Below are positions 1-11,433 of a stretch of 64,000 nt of DNA, one piece after another. Position 1 is the first letter of the stretch; each line of letters begins with the position of its first letter. A program made the position numbers and the translations under genes. The notes beneath the pieces are model-generated. The model was not told where the DNA came from. It did not search any database and saw only the letters and a program-made list of their open reading frames with translations. Location of the stretch: positions 9,917 to 73,916 of the forward strand of contig JAISHK010000005.1 of the NCBI GenBank assembly GCA_031262585.1, read 5' to 3'. Origin of the DNA: Endomicrobium sp. (GTDB lineage Bacteria; Elusimicrobiota; Endomicrobiia; Endomicrobiales; Endomicrobiaceae).

Positions 1-95
1 AGTAATACGTATGTGTTTCTCTGTAGGTTTTAGAGTTAGAAAAATAAAATGGACAGTCGTTTTGTACTGTTAAAGCGAGAAAAGGATAATTAAAA

Positions 96-476
96 ATGGA
101 AGCAAAAGCAACAGCAAAGTTTGTTAGATATACTCCAAGGAAAGTTAATCAAGTTCTTATGCTTATTAGAAACAAAAGCGTTACAAAAGCATTTGATATT
201 CTTTCTTTTCTTCCTAAGTCTGTCGTGTTGTTTATTGAGAAAGTTTTGAAAAGTGCAGTAGCAAATATTGGGAAGCTTGAAAATTTTTCAAATTTAAAAA
301 TTAAAGAAGCATGGGTGGGGAACGGTTCTATATTGAAAAGAATTAGACCCGGTCCACAAGGTAGGGGTATGCCTGTAAAAAAGAGAACATCACATCTTAC
401 TATAGTGGTTACAGATTTGGGTACTACTGAAAAGGAAATTGTTAAAAACGTAACTAGTGGTAGTAAAGGCAGATAA
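96..476 (+). CDS. rplV: 50S ribosomal protein L22
   Basis: TPRKV...KSAVAN...KRIRPGPQGR...KKRTSHLTIVV motifs; position before rpsC. Confidence 0.97.
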   Translation: MEAKATAKFVRYTPRKVNQVLMLIRNKSVTKAFDILSFLPKSVVLFIEKVLKSAVANIGKLENFSNLKIKEAWVGNGSILKRIRPGPQGRGMPVKKRTSHLTIVVTDLGTTEKEIVKNVTSGSKGR

Positions 477-496
477 AATTTAGAAAAGGTAAAGAC

Positions 497-1234
497 ATGG
501 GTCATAAAATACATCCTAAAAGCGTAAGATTAGGTTACATCAAGGATTGGGAATCCAAGTGGTTTAATTTAAAGATGATGCCTGATTTTATAGAAGAAGA
601 TTGTCGCATAAGAGTTTATTTGAAAGATAAACTTAAATTAGCTTCAGTATCAAGAATTATTATTGAAAGGCCTGGTAAATATTTACGTATAAATATTTAT
701 ACTGCAAGACCAGGTGTTGTTATAGGAAAAGGTGGTCAAGGCATTGAGAATTTAAGAAAAGAAATTGAGTTCATGACGACAAAAAAAACTTTTGTAAATG
801 TTATGGAAATTAAGAATCCTGAGATTGATGCTCAACTTGTGGCTGAAAGTATAGCTTTTCAATTGGAAAAACAAATTGCTTTTAGAAGAGCGATGAAAAA
901 GTCTATTGAAAAAGCGATAGGGGCTGGTGCCCAAGGGATAAAAGTTATGGTTTCAGGGAGATTAGGTGGTGCTGAAATTGCGAGAAGGGAGTGGCTTAAA
1001 GAAGGTAGAGTCCCTCTGCAAACTTTTAGAGCGGATATAGATTATGGTTTTGCTGAGAGTTATACAACTATGGGACAGATTGGAGTGAAAGTTTGGGTAT
1101 TTAAGAAAGAACTTTTTAAAAGGACAATTAAGGAATTGTTTGAAAAGAACAATTTTAACAATCAGTCAATTCCATCAGATTTCAATGTAATATCGAAGCA
1201 AGAAAATAAAGAAAAAGAAGAAAAATCTAAATAA
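497..1234 (+). CDS. rpsC: 30S ribosomal protein S3
   Basis: MGHKIHP, RPGVVIGKGG (KH domain), SGRLGGAEIAR, GRVPLQTFRADIDY. Confidence 0.98.
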   Translation: MGHKIHPKSVRLGYIKDWESKWFNLKMMPDFIEEDCRIRVYLKDKLKLASVSRIIIERPGKYLRINIYTARPGVVIGKGGQGIENLRKEIEFMTTKKTFVNVMEIKNPEIDAQLVAESIAFQLEKQIAFRRAMKKSIEKAIGAGAQGIKVMVSGRLGGAEIARREWLKEGRVPLQTFRADIDYGFAESYTTMGQIGVKVWVFKKELFKRTIKELFEKNNFNNQSIPSDFNVISKQENKEKEEKSK

Positions 1235-1272
1235 ATAATAAGTAAGTAAAGTTATAGTGACAGAGGACATTT

Positions 1273-1686
1273 ATGTTGATGCCAAAAAGAGTTAAATATA
1301 GAAAGACGCACAGAGGAAGGATGAGGGGAAAAGCCAAAGGAGGTGCTAGTTTAGTCTTTGGCAAGTATGGTCTTCAGGCACTTGAACCTATGTGGATAAA
1401 TAGTAATCAAATAGAAGCTGCTCGTGTTGCTATGGCTCGGTTTACCAAAAAAAGTGGAAAAATTTGGATTAGAATATTTCCTGATAAGCCGGTTACAAAA
1501 AAACCTGCGGAAACAAGAATGGGTAAAGGTAAAGGCGATCCACAATTTTGGGTTGCAGTTGTAAAACCAGGAAGAATAATATTTGAAATGGAAGGTATTC
1601 CGGAAGTAGAAGCAAGAAAATCTTTAAAACTTGCATCAAATAAGCTTCCTATACATACAAAAATTTTAGTTAGGACGGATATTTGA
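1273..1686 (+). CDS. rplP: 50S ribosomal protein L16
   Basis: [32 protein letters not shown]. Confidence 0.98.
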   Translation: MLMPKRVKYRKTHRGRMRGKAKGGASLVFGKYGLQALEPMWINSNQIEAARVAMARFTKKSGKIWIRIFPDKPVTKKPAETRMGKGKGDPQFWVAVVKPGRIIFEMEGIPEVEARKSLKLASNKLPIHTKILVRTDI

Positions 1687-1690
1687 GGAT

Positions 1691-1906
1691 ATGATGAAAA
1701 GTAAAGATTGGCATGAAATAAAAAATATGACAGATATTGAGCTTAATACGAAGCTTTGTGAGTTAGGTGATAAGTTTTTTAGATTAAAGTTTCGTCATTC
1801 AGTTTCTCCAGTGAAAAATCCTCTTGAAATAAGGGAAATAAGAAGAAATATAGCAAAAATTAAAACACTTGTTTCCTCAAGGGAAGAACATAATAAGATA
1901 AAATAA
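1691..1906 (+). CDS. rpmC: 50S ribosomal protein L29
   Basis: NPLEIREIRRNIAKIKT; position between rplP and rpsQ. Confidence 0.95.
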   Translation: MMKSKDWHEIKNMTDIELNTKLCELGDKFFRLKFRHSVSPVKNPLEIREIRRNIAKIKTLVSSREEHNKIK

Positions 1907-1918
1907 TAGGAAGGAACA

Positions 1919-2182
1919 ATGTCAGAACGTGGAAAGCGTAAATGTCGTAGGGGTGTAGTTATTAGTGACAAAATTAATAAAACAAGGATGGTTGCAGTGG
2001 CAAGAACATATCGTCATTCTTTGTATGATAGGGTTCTTCGCAGTAAAAGGAAATTTGTTGTGCATGATGAAAAAAATGTTTCTCACATTGGTGATACTGT
2101 TACGATAATGGAATCAAGACCATTGTCAAGAACAAAAAGGTGGGTGTTAATTGAAGTTGTGAATAAATCGTTAGAAATTTAA
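1919..2182 (+). CDS. rpsQ: 30S ribosomal protein S17
   Basis: [30 protein letters not shown]. Confidence 0.97.
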   Translation: MSERGKRKCRRGVVISDKINKTRMVAVARTYRHSLYDRVLRSKRKFVVHDEKNVSHIGDTVTIMESRPLSRTKRWVLIEVVNKSLEI

Positions 2183-2207
2183 AAATAAGCTTGTAAAGGA
2201 TAACGTA

Positions 2208-2576
2208 ATGATTCAAGAAAGAACTATTTTAAATGTTGCGGATAATTCAGGTGCAAAAAAAATTCGTTGTTTTAGAGTTACAAAAGGGTTGAGGCATCGT
2301 TATGCTCGTATTGGTGACGTGATTCATGCTTCAGTTCAAGACGCATTGCCACATGGAAATGTTAAAAAAGGGGAAGTTGTAAAGGCCGTAGTGGTTCGCA
2401 CTGTAAAAGAAATTCGTCGCTCTGATGGAACTTATATTAAATTCGATGATAATGCTGCGGTTATAATAAATGACGAAGGTGAGCCAAAAGGAACTCGTAT
2501 TTTTGGGCCAGTAGCAAGAGAACTTAGAGAAAGTAATTACCTTAAAATAATTTCTTTAGCACCAGAAGTTATATAA
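2208..2576 (+). CDS. rplN: 50S ribosomal protein L14
   Basis: [36 protein letters not shown]. Confidence 0.98.
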   Translation: MIQERTILNVADNSGAKKIRCFRVTKGLRHRYARIGDVIHASVQDALPHGNVKKGEVVKAVVVRTVKEIRRSDGTYIKFDDNAAVIINDEGEPKGTRIFGPVARELRESNYLKIISLAPEVI

Positions 2577-2675
2577 TTTTAATATTTATAGTAATTAGTT
2601 AATTAATTATTTTATTGTTGTTCAAAAGAAAGTATAAAAATGTGCGGCGTATAAGAGAGCGAAATAGGATATAAA

Positions 2676-2987
2676 ATGTTTAATATAAAAAAGAAAGATA
2701 GAGTTGTAGTTTTGTCAGGTAAAGATAAAGGAAAAAAAAGCGAAGTTTTAGATGTTTTTCCTGATAAGGGCAAGGTTATAGTTTCAAAAGTAAATTTTGT
2801 AAAAAAGCACGTAAAGCCTACTCAAAAAGATATAGGTGGAATTTGCGAAAAAGAGGCCCCTATTGTTATGAGTAAAGTTATGCTTATATGTCCAAAATGT
2901 GAGCAAACGATAAGACCTAAATTTGATAAGCTTTCTGATGGTGGTAAAGTGAGAATGTGTCGTAAATGTGGAGAAATGATAATATAA
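2676..2987 (+). CDS. rplX: 50S ribosomal protein L24
   Basis: KOW motif VVVLSGKDKGK, KEAPI; C-terminal CPKC...CRKC. Confidence 0.97.
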   Translation: MFNIKKKDRVVVLSGKDKGKKSEVLDVFPDKGKVIVSKVNFVKKHVKPTQKDIGGICEKEAPIVMSKVMLICPKCEQTIRPKFDKLSDGGKVRMCRKCGEMII

Positions 2988-3061
2988 TTAAATTAATTAC
3001 AATAAAATTTGAAATTAATAAAAAATAAAAAAACTTAAAGCGGTAAAGGGAATATAAAAGA

Positions 3062-3607
3062 ATGAATCAACCTCGTTTAAAAGGGTTTTATCAAAAAAGT
3101 GTAGTAAATGAGCTTAAAAAACAATTTAATTTTAAAAATGTGCATCAAATTCCGAAGCTTACAAAGATAGTTGTTAATATTGGTTTAAGTGAAGCAAAAG
3201 AAAATATTAAAGTTTTAGATATAGCAACTGATGAACTTGCGGCCATCACCGGTCAGAAGCCTTTAGTTTGTCGGGCAAAAAAGTCAATATCAAACTTTAA
3301 AATTCGCCAGGGAATGCCAATAGGTATTAAGGTTACTATTAGAAATGCAATGATGTATGAGTTTTTAGATAGGCTTATTAATATTGCAATTCCTCGTATA
3401 AGGGATTTTAGAGGTGTTGGACTAAATGGTTTTGATGGACAAGGTAATTTCAATTTAGGTATTACAGAACAATATATTTTTCCTGAAATTAACGTTGAAA
3501 AGTCGGATAAAGCTAGAGGTATGAATATTAGTATTATAACAACGGCGAAGAAAGATGAACAAGCTAAAGCATTATTAAGTTTTCTTGGAGTTCCATTTAA
3601 AAAATAG
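3062..3607 (+). CDS. rplE: 50S ribosomal protein L5
   Basis: [26 protein letters not shown]. Confidence 0.98.
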   Translation: MNQPRLKGFYQKSVVNELKKQFNFKNVHQIPKLTKIVVNIGLSEAKENIKVLDIATDELAAITGQKPLVCRAKKSISNFKIRQGMPIGIKVTIRNAMMYEFLDRLINIAIPRIRDFRGVGLNGFDGQGNFNLGITEQYIFPEINVEKSDKARGMNISIITTAKKDEQAKALLSFLGVPFKK

Positions 3608-3642
3608 ATAACAAAAATAAATAAAGTAAAGGATATTTTTCT

Positions 3643-3828
3643 ATGGCAACAACTTCAACAGAAGCAAAAATACATAAATCTCAAAAATTTACTACACGCT
3701 ACAGGAATAGATGTCGTTTATGTGGAAGACCACGTGGTTTTTATAGAGATTTTGGTTTATGCAGAATATGTTTAAGAAAGTTAGCACATAACGGTGAAAT
3801 ACCGGGACTAACAAAGTCAAGTTGGTGA
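3643..3828 (+). CDS. rpsN: 30S ribosomal protein S14, short zinc-binding type
   Basis: 61 aa; [10 protein letters not shown]...GLCRIC...IPG..KSSW. Confidence 0.97.
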   Translation: MATTSTEAKIHKSQKFTTRYRNRCRLCGRPRGFYRDFGLCRICLRKLAHNGEIPGLTKSSW

Positions 3829-3853
3829 TAAATTTTTATAAGAGGATAGTTGA

Positions 3854-4249
3854 ATGATTACAGATCCAATTTCAGATATGTTTGTGCGTATTCGTAATGC
3901 AAATATGAAGTTACATGAGAAGGTTGATATTCCATCTTCAAAAATAAAAATTGGCATAGCAAAAATTTTAAAAGATGAAGGATATATTTTAAGTTATAGA
4001 AATGTTGAAGATCATAAACAAGGAATTTTGAGAATATATCTTAAATATACTGGTTCTAAAAAGACTGTTCTTAAAGGGATAAAAAGAGTTTCAAAATCGA
4101 GTTTAAGAGTATATAAAGGTTATCAGGATATGCCAAGAACTGTTGATGGACTGGGTGTTACGATAGTTTCTACGTCTAGGGGGTTAATGACTGATAGAAA
4201 AGCAAGAAGAGAAAAGATAGGCGGAGAAATAGTTGGATGTATTTGGTAG
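3854..4249 (+). CDS. rpsH: 30S ribosomal protein S8
   Basis: TDPISDMFVRIRNA, VSTSRGLMT, GGE. Confidence 0.98.
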   Translation: MITDPISDMFVRIRNANMKLHEKVDIPSSKIKIGIAKILKDEGYILSYRNVEDHKQGILRIYLKYTGSKKTVLKGIKRVSKSSLRVYKGYQDMPRTVDGLGVTIVSTSRGLMTDRKARREKIGGEIVGCIW

Positions 4250-4348
4250 TTTGATTAATAATTTTGAAATTCTTTTGTATTTAATAGATAGAGTTTTGTT
4301 AGAATATATCTATTATCAATTATGAAAAAATTTAATTGAGGGTTTAAG

Positions 4349-4915
4349 ATGAGTCGTCTGGGTAAAAAAGCTATTAAAGTTCCGGAAAAAGTTAAGGCGG
4401 AATTTGAAAATAGTATTTTGAAAATTACAGGTCCTAAGGGAAAACTTTTGCAGGTTATTGATGATAAAGTAAATATAAAAATAGATGAAGGTGCTGTTTT
4501 TGTTGAGGTTTTTGGTGAGAGTCGTCAACATAATATGTTGCATGGTCTTACAAGAGGATTGATAGTTAATATGGTAGAAGGTGTTGTCAAAGGTTTTAAA
4601 AAAGAATTAGAAATAATAGGTCTTGGTTATAAAGCAAGTGTAGAAGGTGAGAAAAAGTTGATTTTAGCTGTTGGTTTCTCCCATCTTATAAATCTTACAA
4701 TACCTTCTACAGTAAAAGTTACGGCAGTTCTCAATAAAGATAAAAATACTTTAATTACCGTGACAGGTATTGATAAATATGAAGTTGGAGCATTTAGTGC
4801 TCAAATTAGAGCAGTAAAGCCGTCTGAGCCTTATAAGGGTTTTGGTATAAGATATTTAGGAGAAAAGATTATAAGAAAGGCTGGAAAAGCGGCGGCAGCT
4901 AGTGGTAAAAAATGA
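4349..4915 (+). CDS. rplF: 50S ribosomal protein L6
   Basis: MSRLGK, GPKG, EPYKGFGIRY, RKAGK. Confidence 0.98.
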   Translation: MSRLGKKAIKVPEKVKAEFENSILKITGPKGKLLQVIDDKVNIKIDEGAVFVEVFGESRQHNMLHGLTRGLIVNMVEGVVKGFKKELEIIGLGYKASVEGEKKLILAVGFSHLINLTIPSTVKVTAVLNKDKNTLITVTGIDKYEVGAFSAQIRAVKPSEPYKGFGIRYLGEKIIRKAGKAAAASGKK

Positions 4916-4993
4916 TGAGTCTATGATCTTTATATTTATAGAAGATTATTTAGACGTAGTAGCGTGAAATGTAAGTAAATTAGAGGATATTAA

Positions 4994-5353
4994 ATGAAAG
5001 ATTCAAATAAAAGATTTAATTATCGCGTAAGAAGGGTTAGGAGTAAAATTGAGGGAACGCAGGAAAGACCTCGCTTAAGCGTTTATCGTGGACATAAACA
5101 TATTTATGCACAGGTTATTGATGATAAAAAAGGTGTTACACTAGTTGCAGCGTCAACATTATCTTTTGAGCTTAAAGGTAAGTTAAATTTTACTGATACT
5201 GTTCTAGCAGCGAAATCTGTAGGTAACTTGATTGCTAAAAAGGCGATTGAGAAAGGTATTAAAAAAGTGGTTTTTGATCGTAGAGGTTATGAATATACAG
5301 GTAAAGTTAAAGTCCTTGCCGAAGCTGTCAGAGAAAGTGGATTAGATTTTTAA
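4994..5353 (+). CDS. rplR: 50S ribosomal protein L18
   Basis: [25 protein letters not shown]. Confidence 0.98.
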   Translation: MKDSNKRFNYRVRRVRSKIEGTQERPRLSVYRGHKHIYAQVIDDKKGVTLVAASTLSFELKGKLNFTDTVLAAKSVGNLIAKKAIEKGIKKVVFDRRGYEYTGKVKVLAEAVRESGLDF

Positions 5354-5431
5354 TAGAACTATAATTAAGTGTTTTTTTGTTGTTGCTAAATTTTATAAAA
5401 TAAATGTGAGTGTGGTTTTTAGGAGGATAAG

Positions 5432-5932
5432 TTGGTTGAAAGAATAGGAAATCAACAATATAACAATTTAAAAGAAGTGGTTGTTGTTGTTAATAGAGTT
5501 TCAAAAGTTGTTAAAGGTGGAAAAAGGTTTTCTTTTAATGCTTTAGTGGTTGTTGGTGATAAAGCAGGTAAAGTAGGATGCGGACTTGGCAAAGCAAATG
5601 AGGTGCAGGCTGCGATTCAAAAAGGCAATATGCAAGCATCGAAGCATATGATATTTGTTAAGCTTAAGGCTGGCACTATCCCTCATGAAATAATAGGCGA
5701 TTCAGGTGCCGGAAGGGTTCTGTTAAAGCCTGCCGCTCCGGGAACTGGTGTTATAGCAGGAGGTCCAGTAAGGGCAGTTCTTGAAGCAGTAGGAATTAGA
5801 GATATTCTTACTAAATCGTTGCGTTCTTCAAATCCATTTAATGTAGTTTATGCAACTTTAGAAGCTCTTAAAAAACTTCGTTTAAAAGAAGAAGTTGCCA
5901 AGATTAGGGAAAAAGAGGTTGCAGATATATGA
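5432..5932 (+). CDS. rpsE: 30S ribosomal protein S5
   Basis: [27 protein letters not shown]; TTG start after AGGAGG. Confidence 0.98.
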   Translation: MVERIGNQQYNNLKEVVVVVNRVSKVVKGGKRFSFNALVVVGDKAGKVGCGLGKANEVQAAIQKGNMQASKHMIFVKLKAGTIPHEIIGDSGAGRVLLKPAAPGTGVIAGGPVRAVLEAVGIRDILTKSLRSSNPFNVVYATLEALKKLRLKEEVAKIREKEVADI

Positions 5933-6378
5933 TAGGATTGCATAATTTAAAACCAGCGAGTGGGTCGAAACACAGAAAAAAAATTGTAGGACGTGGAGTA
6001 GGTTCAGGTCATGGTCGTACAGCCACTCGTGGATGTAAGGGGCAAAAATCTCGTTCAGGTGATGGTGCAAAAAAGGCAGGTTTTGAGGGTGGTCAAATGC
6101 CTCTTTTTAGAAGAATTCCTAAGAGAGGTTTCAACAATAATAGATTCCGTAAAGAATATGAAATTGTCAATATTGAAAGTTTAAATAAATTCGATGAAGG
6201 AGTAGAAGTTACTCCGTTATTGCTAAAACAAGCAGGTCTTGTGTCTAAAGTGAAGTTTGTAAAAATTTTAGGAACCGGAAATCTTAATAAGTCTTTAATT
6301 GTTAGAGCCTCGTCTTTTTCAAAATCTGCGTTTGAAAAAATTAGAATTGCTGGTGGAAAAACTGAAATTGTTAAATGA
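5929..6378 (+). CDS. rplO: 50S ribosomal protein L15
   Basis: [27 protein letters not shown]; ATGA overlap with rpsE stop. Confidence 0.98.
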   Translation: MIGLHNLKPASGSKHRKKIVGRGVGSGHGRTATRGCKGQKSRSGDGAKKAGFEGGQMPLFRRIPKRGFNNNRFRKEYEIVNIESLNKFDEGVEVTPLLLKQAGLVSKVKFVKILGTGNLNKSLIVRASSFSKSAFEKIRIAGGKTEIVK

Positions 6379-6428
6379 TAAAAATTTAATTACAATTATT
6401 TTAATATTTATCATAAACTGGAAAAGAA

Positions 6429-7772
6429 ATGTTAAGAAGTTTTATTGATGTATTTAAAATACCTGAATTAAGGAAAAGAATATTATTTACGCTATTCGTA
6501 GTTGTTGCTTATAGAATAGGTGCCATGGTGCCTACTCCTGGGGTGAATAGCGAAGTAGTAAAGTCTTTATTTGCAGCGTACAATACTGGTTTGTTAGGAT
6601 TTTTAGATATGTTTTCAGGTGGTGCTTTAAATAGAATGTCAATATTTTCTATGGGTGTAATGCCTTATATTAATGCTTCTATTATTATAAGTTTAATACA
6701 AGGTGCACATGTAATTCCTTATTTAGATCATCTTGCTAAAGAAGGCGAACATGGTAGAAAAAGACTTACTCAAATTACAAGATACCTAACGCTTGTGCTT
6801 GGGACAATTCAATCTTTTGGTTTAACGATAATGATAACTAGAATTCCTACTCCTTCTGGAATTCCTATTGTTGTGGATCCTTCATGGTCATGGGTTGTTT
6901 TAACAATAATAACTTTAATTACTGGTACAGTTTTAATTATGTGGCTTGGAGAACAAATTACAGAAAGAGGAATAGGAAATGGAGTTTCCCTTATAATTTT
7001 TGCGGGTATTGTAGAAAGACTTCCTCATGCAGTTATTAGTATTGTAAAACTTGTGCAAATGGAAGAACTTTCAATGTTATATGTTTTAACTATTACAGTT
7101 ATTGTTATATCTGTTTTAGTCGCTGTTGTTTGGGTTGAAACGGCTCAAAGAAAGATTCCTATAAGTTACGCAAAAAGAATGATTGGAAGAAAAATGTATG
7201 GTGGCCAAACGTCGTTTCTTCCGATAAAAATAGATCAGTCTGGGGTTATTGCTGTTATATTTTCAATTTCTATTTTATCTGCACCTTTAACAGTATCGCA
7301 GTTTGTTCCTAATTTGACAATTTTTAGTTTTCCTATAGCTAGGAAAATTATTCAATGGACTAGTAATAGTTCAATTATTTATAATTTGATTTATGCATCA
7401 TTAATTATTTTCTTTTGTTATTTTTATAATTCAATATCATTTAATCCTACAGATATATCCGAAAGTATGAAAAAGTCTGGTGGTTTTATTCCAGGCATAA
7501 GACCTGGTGAATTTACTGCTAATTACATACAAAAGATTTTAGAAAGAGTGACATTGTGTGGAGCATTGTTCGTTGCATGTGTTGCTATTTTGCCAGATTA
7601 TTTAAGATATGTAATGAATTCTCCGTTTTTTTTTGGAGGAACCTCACTTCTTATTGTGGTGGGTGTTTCTCTAGACACTATTGGGCAAATAGAGTCTCAT
7701 CTTATTATGCGTCATTATGAAGGTTTTATGAAAGAAGGACGCATTAGGAGTAGATGGTTTAATTCGAGATGA
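6429..7772 (+). CDS. secY: Preprotein translocase subunit SecY
   Basis: FSGG, PYINASII, WLGEQITERGIGNG, FIPGIRPG, FGGTSLLIVVGV. Confidence 0.98.
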   Translation: MLRSFIDVFKIPELRKRILFTLFVVVAYRIGAMVPTPGVNSEVVKSLFAAYNTGLLGFLDMFSGGALNRMSIFSMGVMPYINASIIISLIQGAHVIPYLDHLAKEGEHGRKRLTQITRYLTLVLGTIQSFGLTIMITRIPTPSGIPIVVDPSWSWVVLTIITLITGTVLIMWLGEQITERGIGNGVSLIIFAGIVERLPHAVISIVKLVQMEELSMLYVLTITVIVISVLVAVVWVETAQRKIPISYAKRMIGRKMYGGQTSFLPIKIDQSGVIAVIFSISILSAPLTVSQFVPNLTIFSFPIARKIIQWTSNSSIIYNLIYASLIIFFCYFYNSISFNPTDISESMKKSGGFIPGIRPGEFTANYIQKILERVTLCGALFVACVAILPDYLRYVMNSPFFFGGTSLLIVVGVSLDTIGQIESHLIMRHYEGFMKEGRIRSRWFNSR

Positions 7773-7811
7773 AGAAGGTTGATAAAATTTGTAAGAGAGA
7801 AAGTAAAAAAG

Positions 7812-8459
7812 ATGAATTATATACTTTTAGGCCCACCTGGTGCAGGTAAAGGTACTCAAGCAAAAAAAATTGCAAAAAAATTTGAAATTGTTCATTTATC
7901 TACAGGTGATATGTTTAGAGAGGCAAAAAAGTTTGACAAGATAATAAATAAGTTTCTTGTTACTGGCGAACTTGTTCCTGATGAAGTAACGGTTGATATG
8001 ATTAAAAATCGTCTTTTAAAAGATGATATAAAGAAGGGTTTTGTTTTAGATGGTTTTCCTAGAACGTTAAATCAGGCGCAAGCGTTAGATTTAATGATTA
8101 AGTCCCAAATAAAAATTGATGCTGTATTTTTTATAAATGTTACTTTTGAAGAAGCCATAAGGAGAATATCTTCTAGGCGAGTTTGTTCCTGTGGAGCAAG
8201 TTATCATATAGCGTTGCTTGCATCTAAAAAAGTTAAAAAATGTGATTTTTGTGGTAAAGAACTTTCTCAAAGAGATGATGACAAGGAAGATGTAGTTAAA
8301 GATAGGATTACTGTTTATGAAAAACAAACAAAACCTTTAATTGAGTATTATAGAAATGCGCGTATGTTAATAGGTATAAATGGACTAAAGGAAGAAGCTG
8401 AAGTGTTTGCTCAGATAAGTGAATATATTGATAAAAATAAAGCAAAAAAAGGAAAATGA
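7812..8459 (+). CDS. adk: Adenylate kinase
   Basis: [22 protein letters not shown], Cys-containing LID; ATG 7812 chosen over upstream TTG 7779. Confidence 0.96.
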   Translation: MNYILLGPPGAGKGTQAKKIAKKFEIVHLSTGDMFREAKKFDKIINKFLVTGELVPDEVTVDMIKNRLLKDDIKKGFVLDGFPRTLNQAQALDLMIKSQIKIDAVFFINVTFEEAIRRISSRRVCSCGASYHIALLASKKVKKCDFCGKELSQRDDDKEDVVKDRITVYEKQTKPLIEYYRNARMLIGINGLKEEAEVFAQISEYIDKNKAKKGK

Positions 8460-8460
8460 A

Positions 8461-9240
8461 TTGTTGTTTAAAAGACGGAATATTGAATTAAAAACTGAGA
8501 AAGAAATTGAAAAAATGAAAATTGCTGGCAAAGTTGTTGGTGATATTCTTCAAAAGCTTTTTGAAATAATAAAACCGAAAATAACGACAAAGGATATAGA
8601 TATTTTTGTAGAAAAGCATATAAGATCATTAAATATGGTACCAGCATTTTTTGGCGTAAAAGGTCAGAAATGTTCTTTTCCTGCTTCTACATGCGTATCA
8701 ATAAACAATGAAGTAGTGCATGGAATACCAAGTGCTGAACGCAAACTTAAATCAGGAGATATAGTTTCTGTAGATATTGGAGTTCTTTACGAAGGTTATT
8801 ATGGTGATGCAGCAAGGACATATGGAGTTGGTGTTGTATCTGATATTGCTGTCAAGCTTATTAAAGTTACAGAGCAATCTTTATACGAAGGAATTAAGCG
8901 TGTTTTGCCTGGTAATAGACTTGGAGATGTTTCAAATGCGATTCAAAAAACAGTTGATAATGCAGGGTTCTCTGTTGTAAGAGACTTTGTTGGACATGGT
9001 ATTGGTAGAGCATTACATGAAGAACCTCAGGTTCTGAATTATGGACAAAAAGGTACTGGTGTAAAACTTCTTCCGGGTATGGTGCTTGCCATAGAACCTA
9101 TGGTTAATGCTGGAAGTTATGAAGTTTTTATGTTAGATGATGGTTGGACAGTTGTTACAGCAGATGGAAATTTAAGTGCACATTTTGAGCATACTGTTGC
9201 AGTGACTGAGTATGGATATGAAATTTTAACAAAGGTATAA
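8461..9240 (+). CDS. map: Methionine aminopeptidase type I
   Basis: [37 protein letters not shown]; start probably TTG at about 8461 after AAAGGA. Confidence 0.96.
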   Translation: MLFKRRNIELKTEKEIEKMKIAGKVVGDILQKLFEIIKPKITTKDIDIFVEKHIRSLNMVPAFFGVKGQKCSFPASTCVSINNEVVHGIPSAERKLKSGDIVSVDIGVLYEGYYGDAARTYGVGVVSDIAVKLIKVTEQSLYEGIKRVLPGNRLGDVSNAIQKTVDNAGFSVVRDFVGHGIGRALHEEPQVLNYGQKGTGVKLLPGMVLAIEPMVNAGSYEVFMLDDGWTVVTADGNLSAHFEHTVAVTEYGYEILTKV

Positions 9241-9241
9241 A

Positions 9242-9463
9242 ATGAATAAAGAAGAGAAAATTATTGTTGAGGGAAGAATTTTAGAAGCTCTTCCTAATGC
9301 GGTTTTTAAAGTAAAAATTGAGGAAGGTGGACATATAGCTTTAGCTCATATTTGTGGTAAAATGAGATTGCATTATATAAAGATTCTTTTAGGTGATAAA
9401 GTAAAAGTTGAGCTTTCTCCTTATGATTTAACAAAAGGCAGAATAGTGTTCAGGGAAAAGTAG
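9242..9463 (+). CDS. infA: Translation initiation factor IF-1
   Basis: [29 protein letters not shown]. Confidence 0.97.
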   Translation: MNKEEKIIVEGRILEALPNAVFKVKIEEGGHIALAHICGKMRLHYIKILLGDKVKVELSPYDLTKGRIVFREK

Positions 9464-9562
9464 ATAAATATAAGTTATAAACTTTAGCTTTTAAAACGAA
9501 ATTCATTATATAATGCGAAGGTTGTTTTGTAGTTTAATATATAGAAATAAATGGAGTACGGA

Positions 9563-9676
9563 ATGAAAGTTAGAGCATCTGTAAAGCCAATTTGTCAGAA
9601 GTGTAAAATAGTGAAGCGTAAAGGTGTGGTAAAAGTTGTGTGTTTAGATCCAAGGCATAAGCAGAGACAAGGATAG
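9563..9676 (+). CDS. rpmJ: 50S ribosomal protein L36 (below ORF-track size cutoff)
   Basis: Manual translation [37 protein letters not shown]; GGAG RBS upstream. Confidence 0.97.
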   Translation: MKVRASVKPICQKCKIVKRKGVVKVVCLDPRHKQRQG

Positions 9677-9784
9677 ATGTTTGGATTTGTCAATATGCCA
9701 ATATTTTAAAAATTTAAGAAATATTATAGTTGTGTCTTATAACGATATAAAAAATAGAAGTTGAAAATCTGGAGGGGGATGATA

Positions 9785-10174
9785 ATGGCTCGAGTAGCTG
9801 GAGTAGATTTACCAAAGAATAAAAGACTTGATATAGCGTTGAGATATATTTATGGTATTGGGCCCGCCATATCAGATAAAATTATTGCTGAACTTGCTTT
9901 AGATTATTCAAAGAAAGTTAAAGATTTATCTGAGGAAGAAGTTAACAAAATAAATAATTTTATTACTAAGAATCTAAAAGTTGAAGGAGATCTTAGAAGA
10001 GAGACTCAGGCAAATATTAAAAGACTTATAGAAATAGGAAGTTACAGAGGTTCACGGCATAGAAGAAATTTGCCAGTAAGGGGACAGCGTTCTAGGACTA
10101 ATGCGCGTACAAGGCGAGGAAAAAGAAAAACTGTGGGTGCGGGGAAGCCTCCGTCTCAAGGTAAAAAAAACTGA
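9785..10174 (+). CDS. rpsM: 30S ribosomal protein S13
   Basis: [33 protein letters not shown]; start at ATG 9785 after GGAGG. Confidence 0.98.
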   Translation: MARVAGVDLPKNKRLDIALRYIYGIGPAISDKIIAELALDYSKKVKDLSEEEVNKINNFITKNLKVEGDLRRETQANIKRLIEIGSYRGSRHRRNLPVRGQRSRTNARTRRGKRKTVGAGKPPSQGKKN

Positions 10175-10291
10175 TATTAGTTTGTTGTTAAGTTTTCTAA
10201 TATTGTGTATGTTGTTATAGGCGAGATTTTTCAATAGATTTAATGTGTTTAGATAAAATAATAAAGATGTATGGGAATATACGGAGGAAGC

Positions 10292-10681
10292 ATGGTAGAT
10301 GAGAAGAAGAGCAATACTAAGAGGAAAAAATATATTGGCGGAATAGCAAGAGCTTATGTATTGTCAACGTTTAATAATACGATTGTTAATATAACAGATG
10401 AAAATGGCAATACTTTAGCATGGGCTTCAGCTGGTGGATCAGGCTTTAAAGGAACAAAAAAAGGAACGCCTTTTGCGGCACAGATGACGGCAGTGGCGGT
10501 AGGGAAAAAAGCTGTTGATATTGGGGTTAAACAAGTTGCGGTTTTTGTGAACGGTCCAGGTCCAGGTCGAGAGACAGCGATAAGGGGTTTACAGAGTTCA
10601 GGACTTGGAATAACAATAATAAAAGACATTACTCCTATTCCGCATAATGGTTGCCGTCCACCGAAACTCAGAAGAGTTTAA
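10292..10681 (+). CDS. rpsK: 30S ribosomal protein S11
   Basis: [33 protein letters not shown]; start at ATG 10292 after GGAGG. Confidence 0.98.
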   Translation: MVDEKKSNTKRKKYIGGIARAYVLSTFNNTIVNITDENGNTLAWASAGGSGFKGTKKGTPFAAQMTAVAVGKKAVDIGVKQVAVFVNGPGPGRETAIRGLQSSGLGITIIKDITPIPHNGCRPPKLRRV

Positions 10682-10760
10682 TATGTAAAAATAATATGTA
10701 ATAAAAAAATAATTTTATACTAAGGTAAGAAATTGTAAATAGTTTTGAGGAGTTTAATAG

Positions 10761-11390
10761 ATGTCGCGTTATTTAGGATCAGTGTGTAAATTATGTCGTA
10801 GAGAAAGAGAAAAACTTTTCTTGAAAGGGGAAAGGTGTTTTTCGAATTGTGTTTTTGATAAAAACAGAGGTAAAAATGGACCAGGTCAGCATGGATCTAG
10901 CAAGGGAAAAATGTCTGATTATGCAAAGCATTTACGTGAGAAGCAAAAAGCAAAGAGAATGTACGGCTTAACTGAGGAACAGTTTAAACATTATTATGAA
11001 GAAGCAGAAAAAATGAAAGGTTCTCCAGGTGATAATTTGCTTAAACTTCTTGAGTTAAGACTTGACAATGTAGTTTTTCGTTTGGGATTCGCTTCATCTA
11101 AAAGAATGTCAAGACAAATTGTGAATCATGGGAATATTATAGTAAATGGTAAAAGAGTAGATGTACCACGCTACTGTGTTAAGGTTGGTGATGTTATAAC
11201 AGTTCCAGAAAAGTATAAAATGAATGCTGCTATGAAAAAACTTGTTGAAAAACCAGTATCAAATGTTCCATCGTGGTTAAGTTTTGATAAAAATAAAATT
11301 TTAGGGACGATGGTGAGCGAACCTCTTGCAGGAGAACTTTATCAGTCTAATATAGATAGTCAGCTTATTATTGAGTATTATTCAAAATAA
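10761..11390 (+). CDS. rpsD: 30S ribosomal protein S4
   Basis: CKLCRRE, PGQHG, LREKQK, LELRLDNVVFR, IIEYYSK. Confidence 0.98.
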   Translation: MSRYLGSVCKLCRREREKLFLKGERCFSNCVFDKNRGKNGPGQHGSSKGKMSDYAKHLREKQKAKRMYGLTEEQFKHYYEEAEKMKGSPGDNLLKLLELRLDNVVFRLGFASSKRMSRQIVNHGNIIVNGKRVDVPRYCVKVGDVITVPEKYKMNAAMKKLVEKPVSNVPSWLSFDKNKILGTMVSEPLAGELYQSNIDSQLIIEYYSK

Positions 11391-11433
11391 ATTAATAGCC
11401 ACCAAGGCGGCTTGTTGAGTGAGGTTATAAAGA

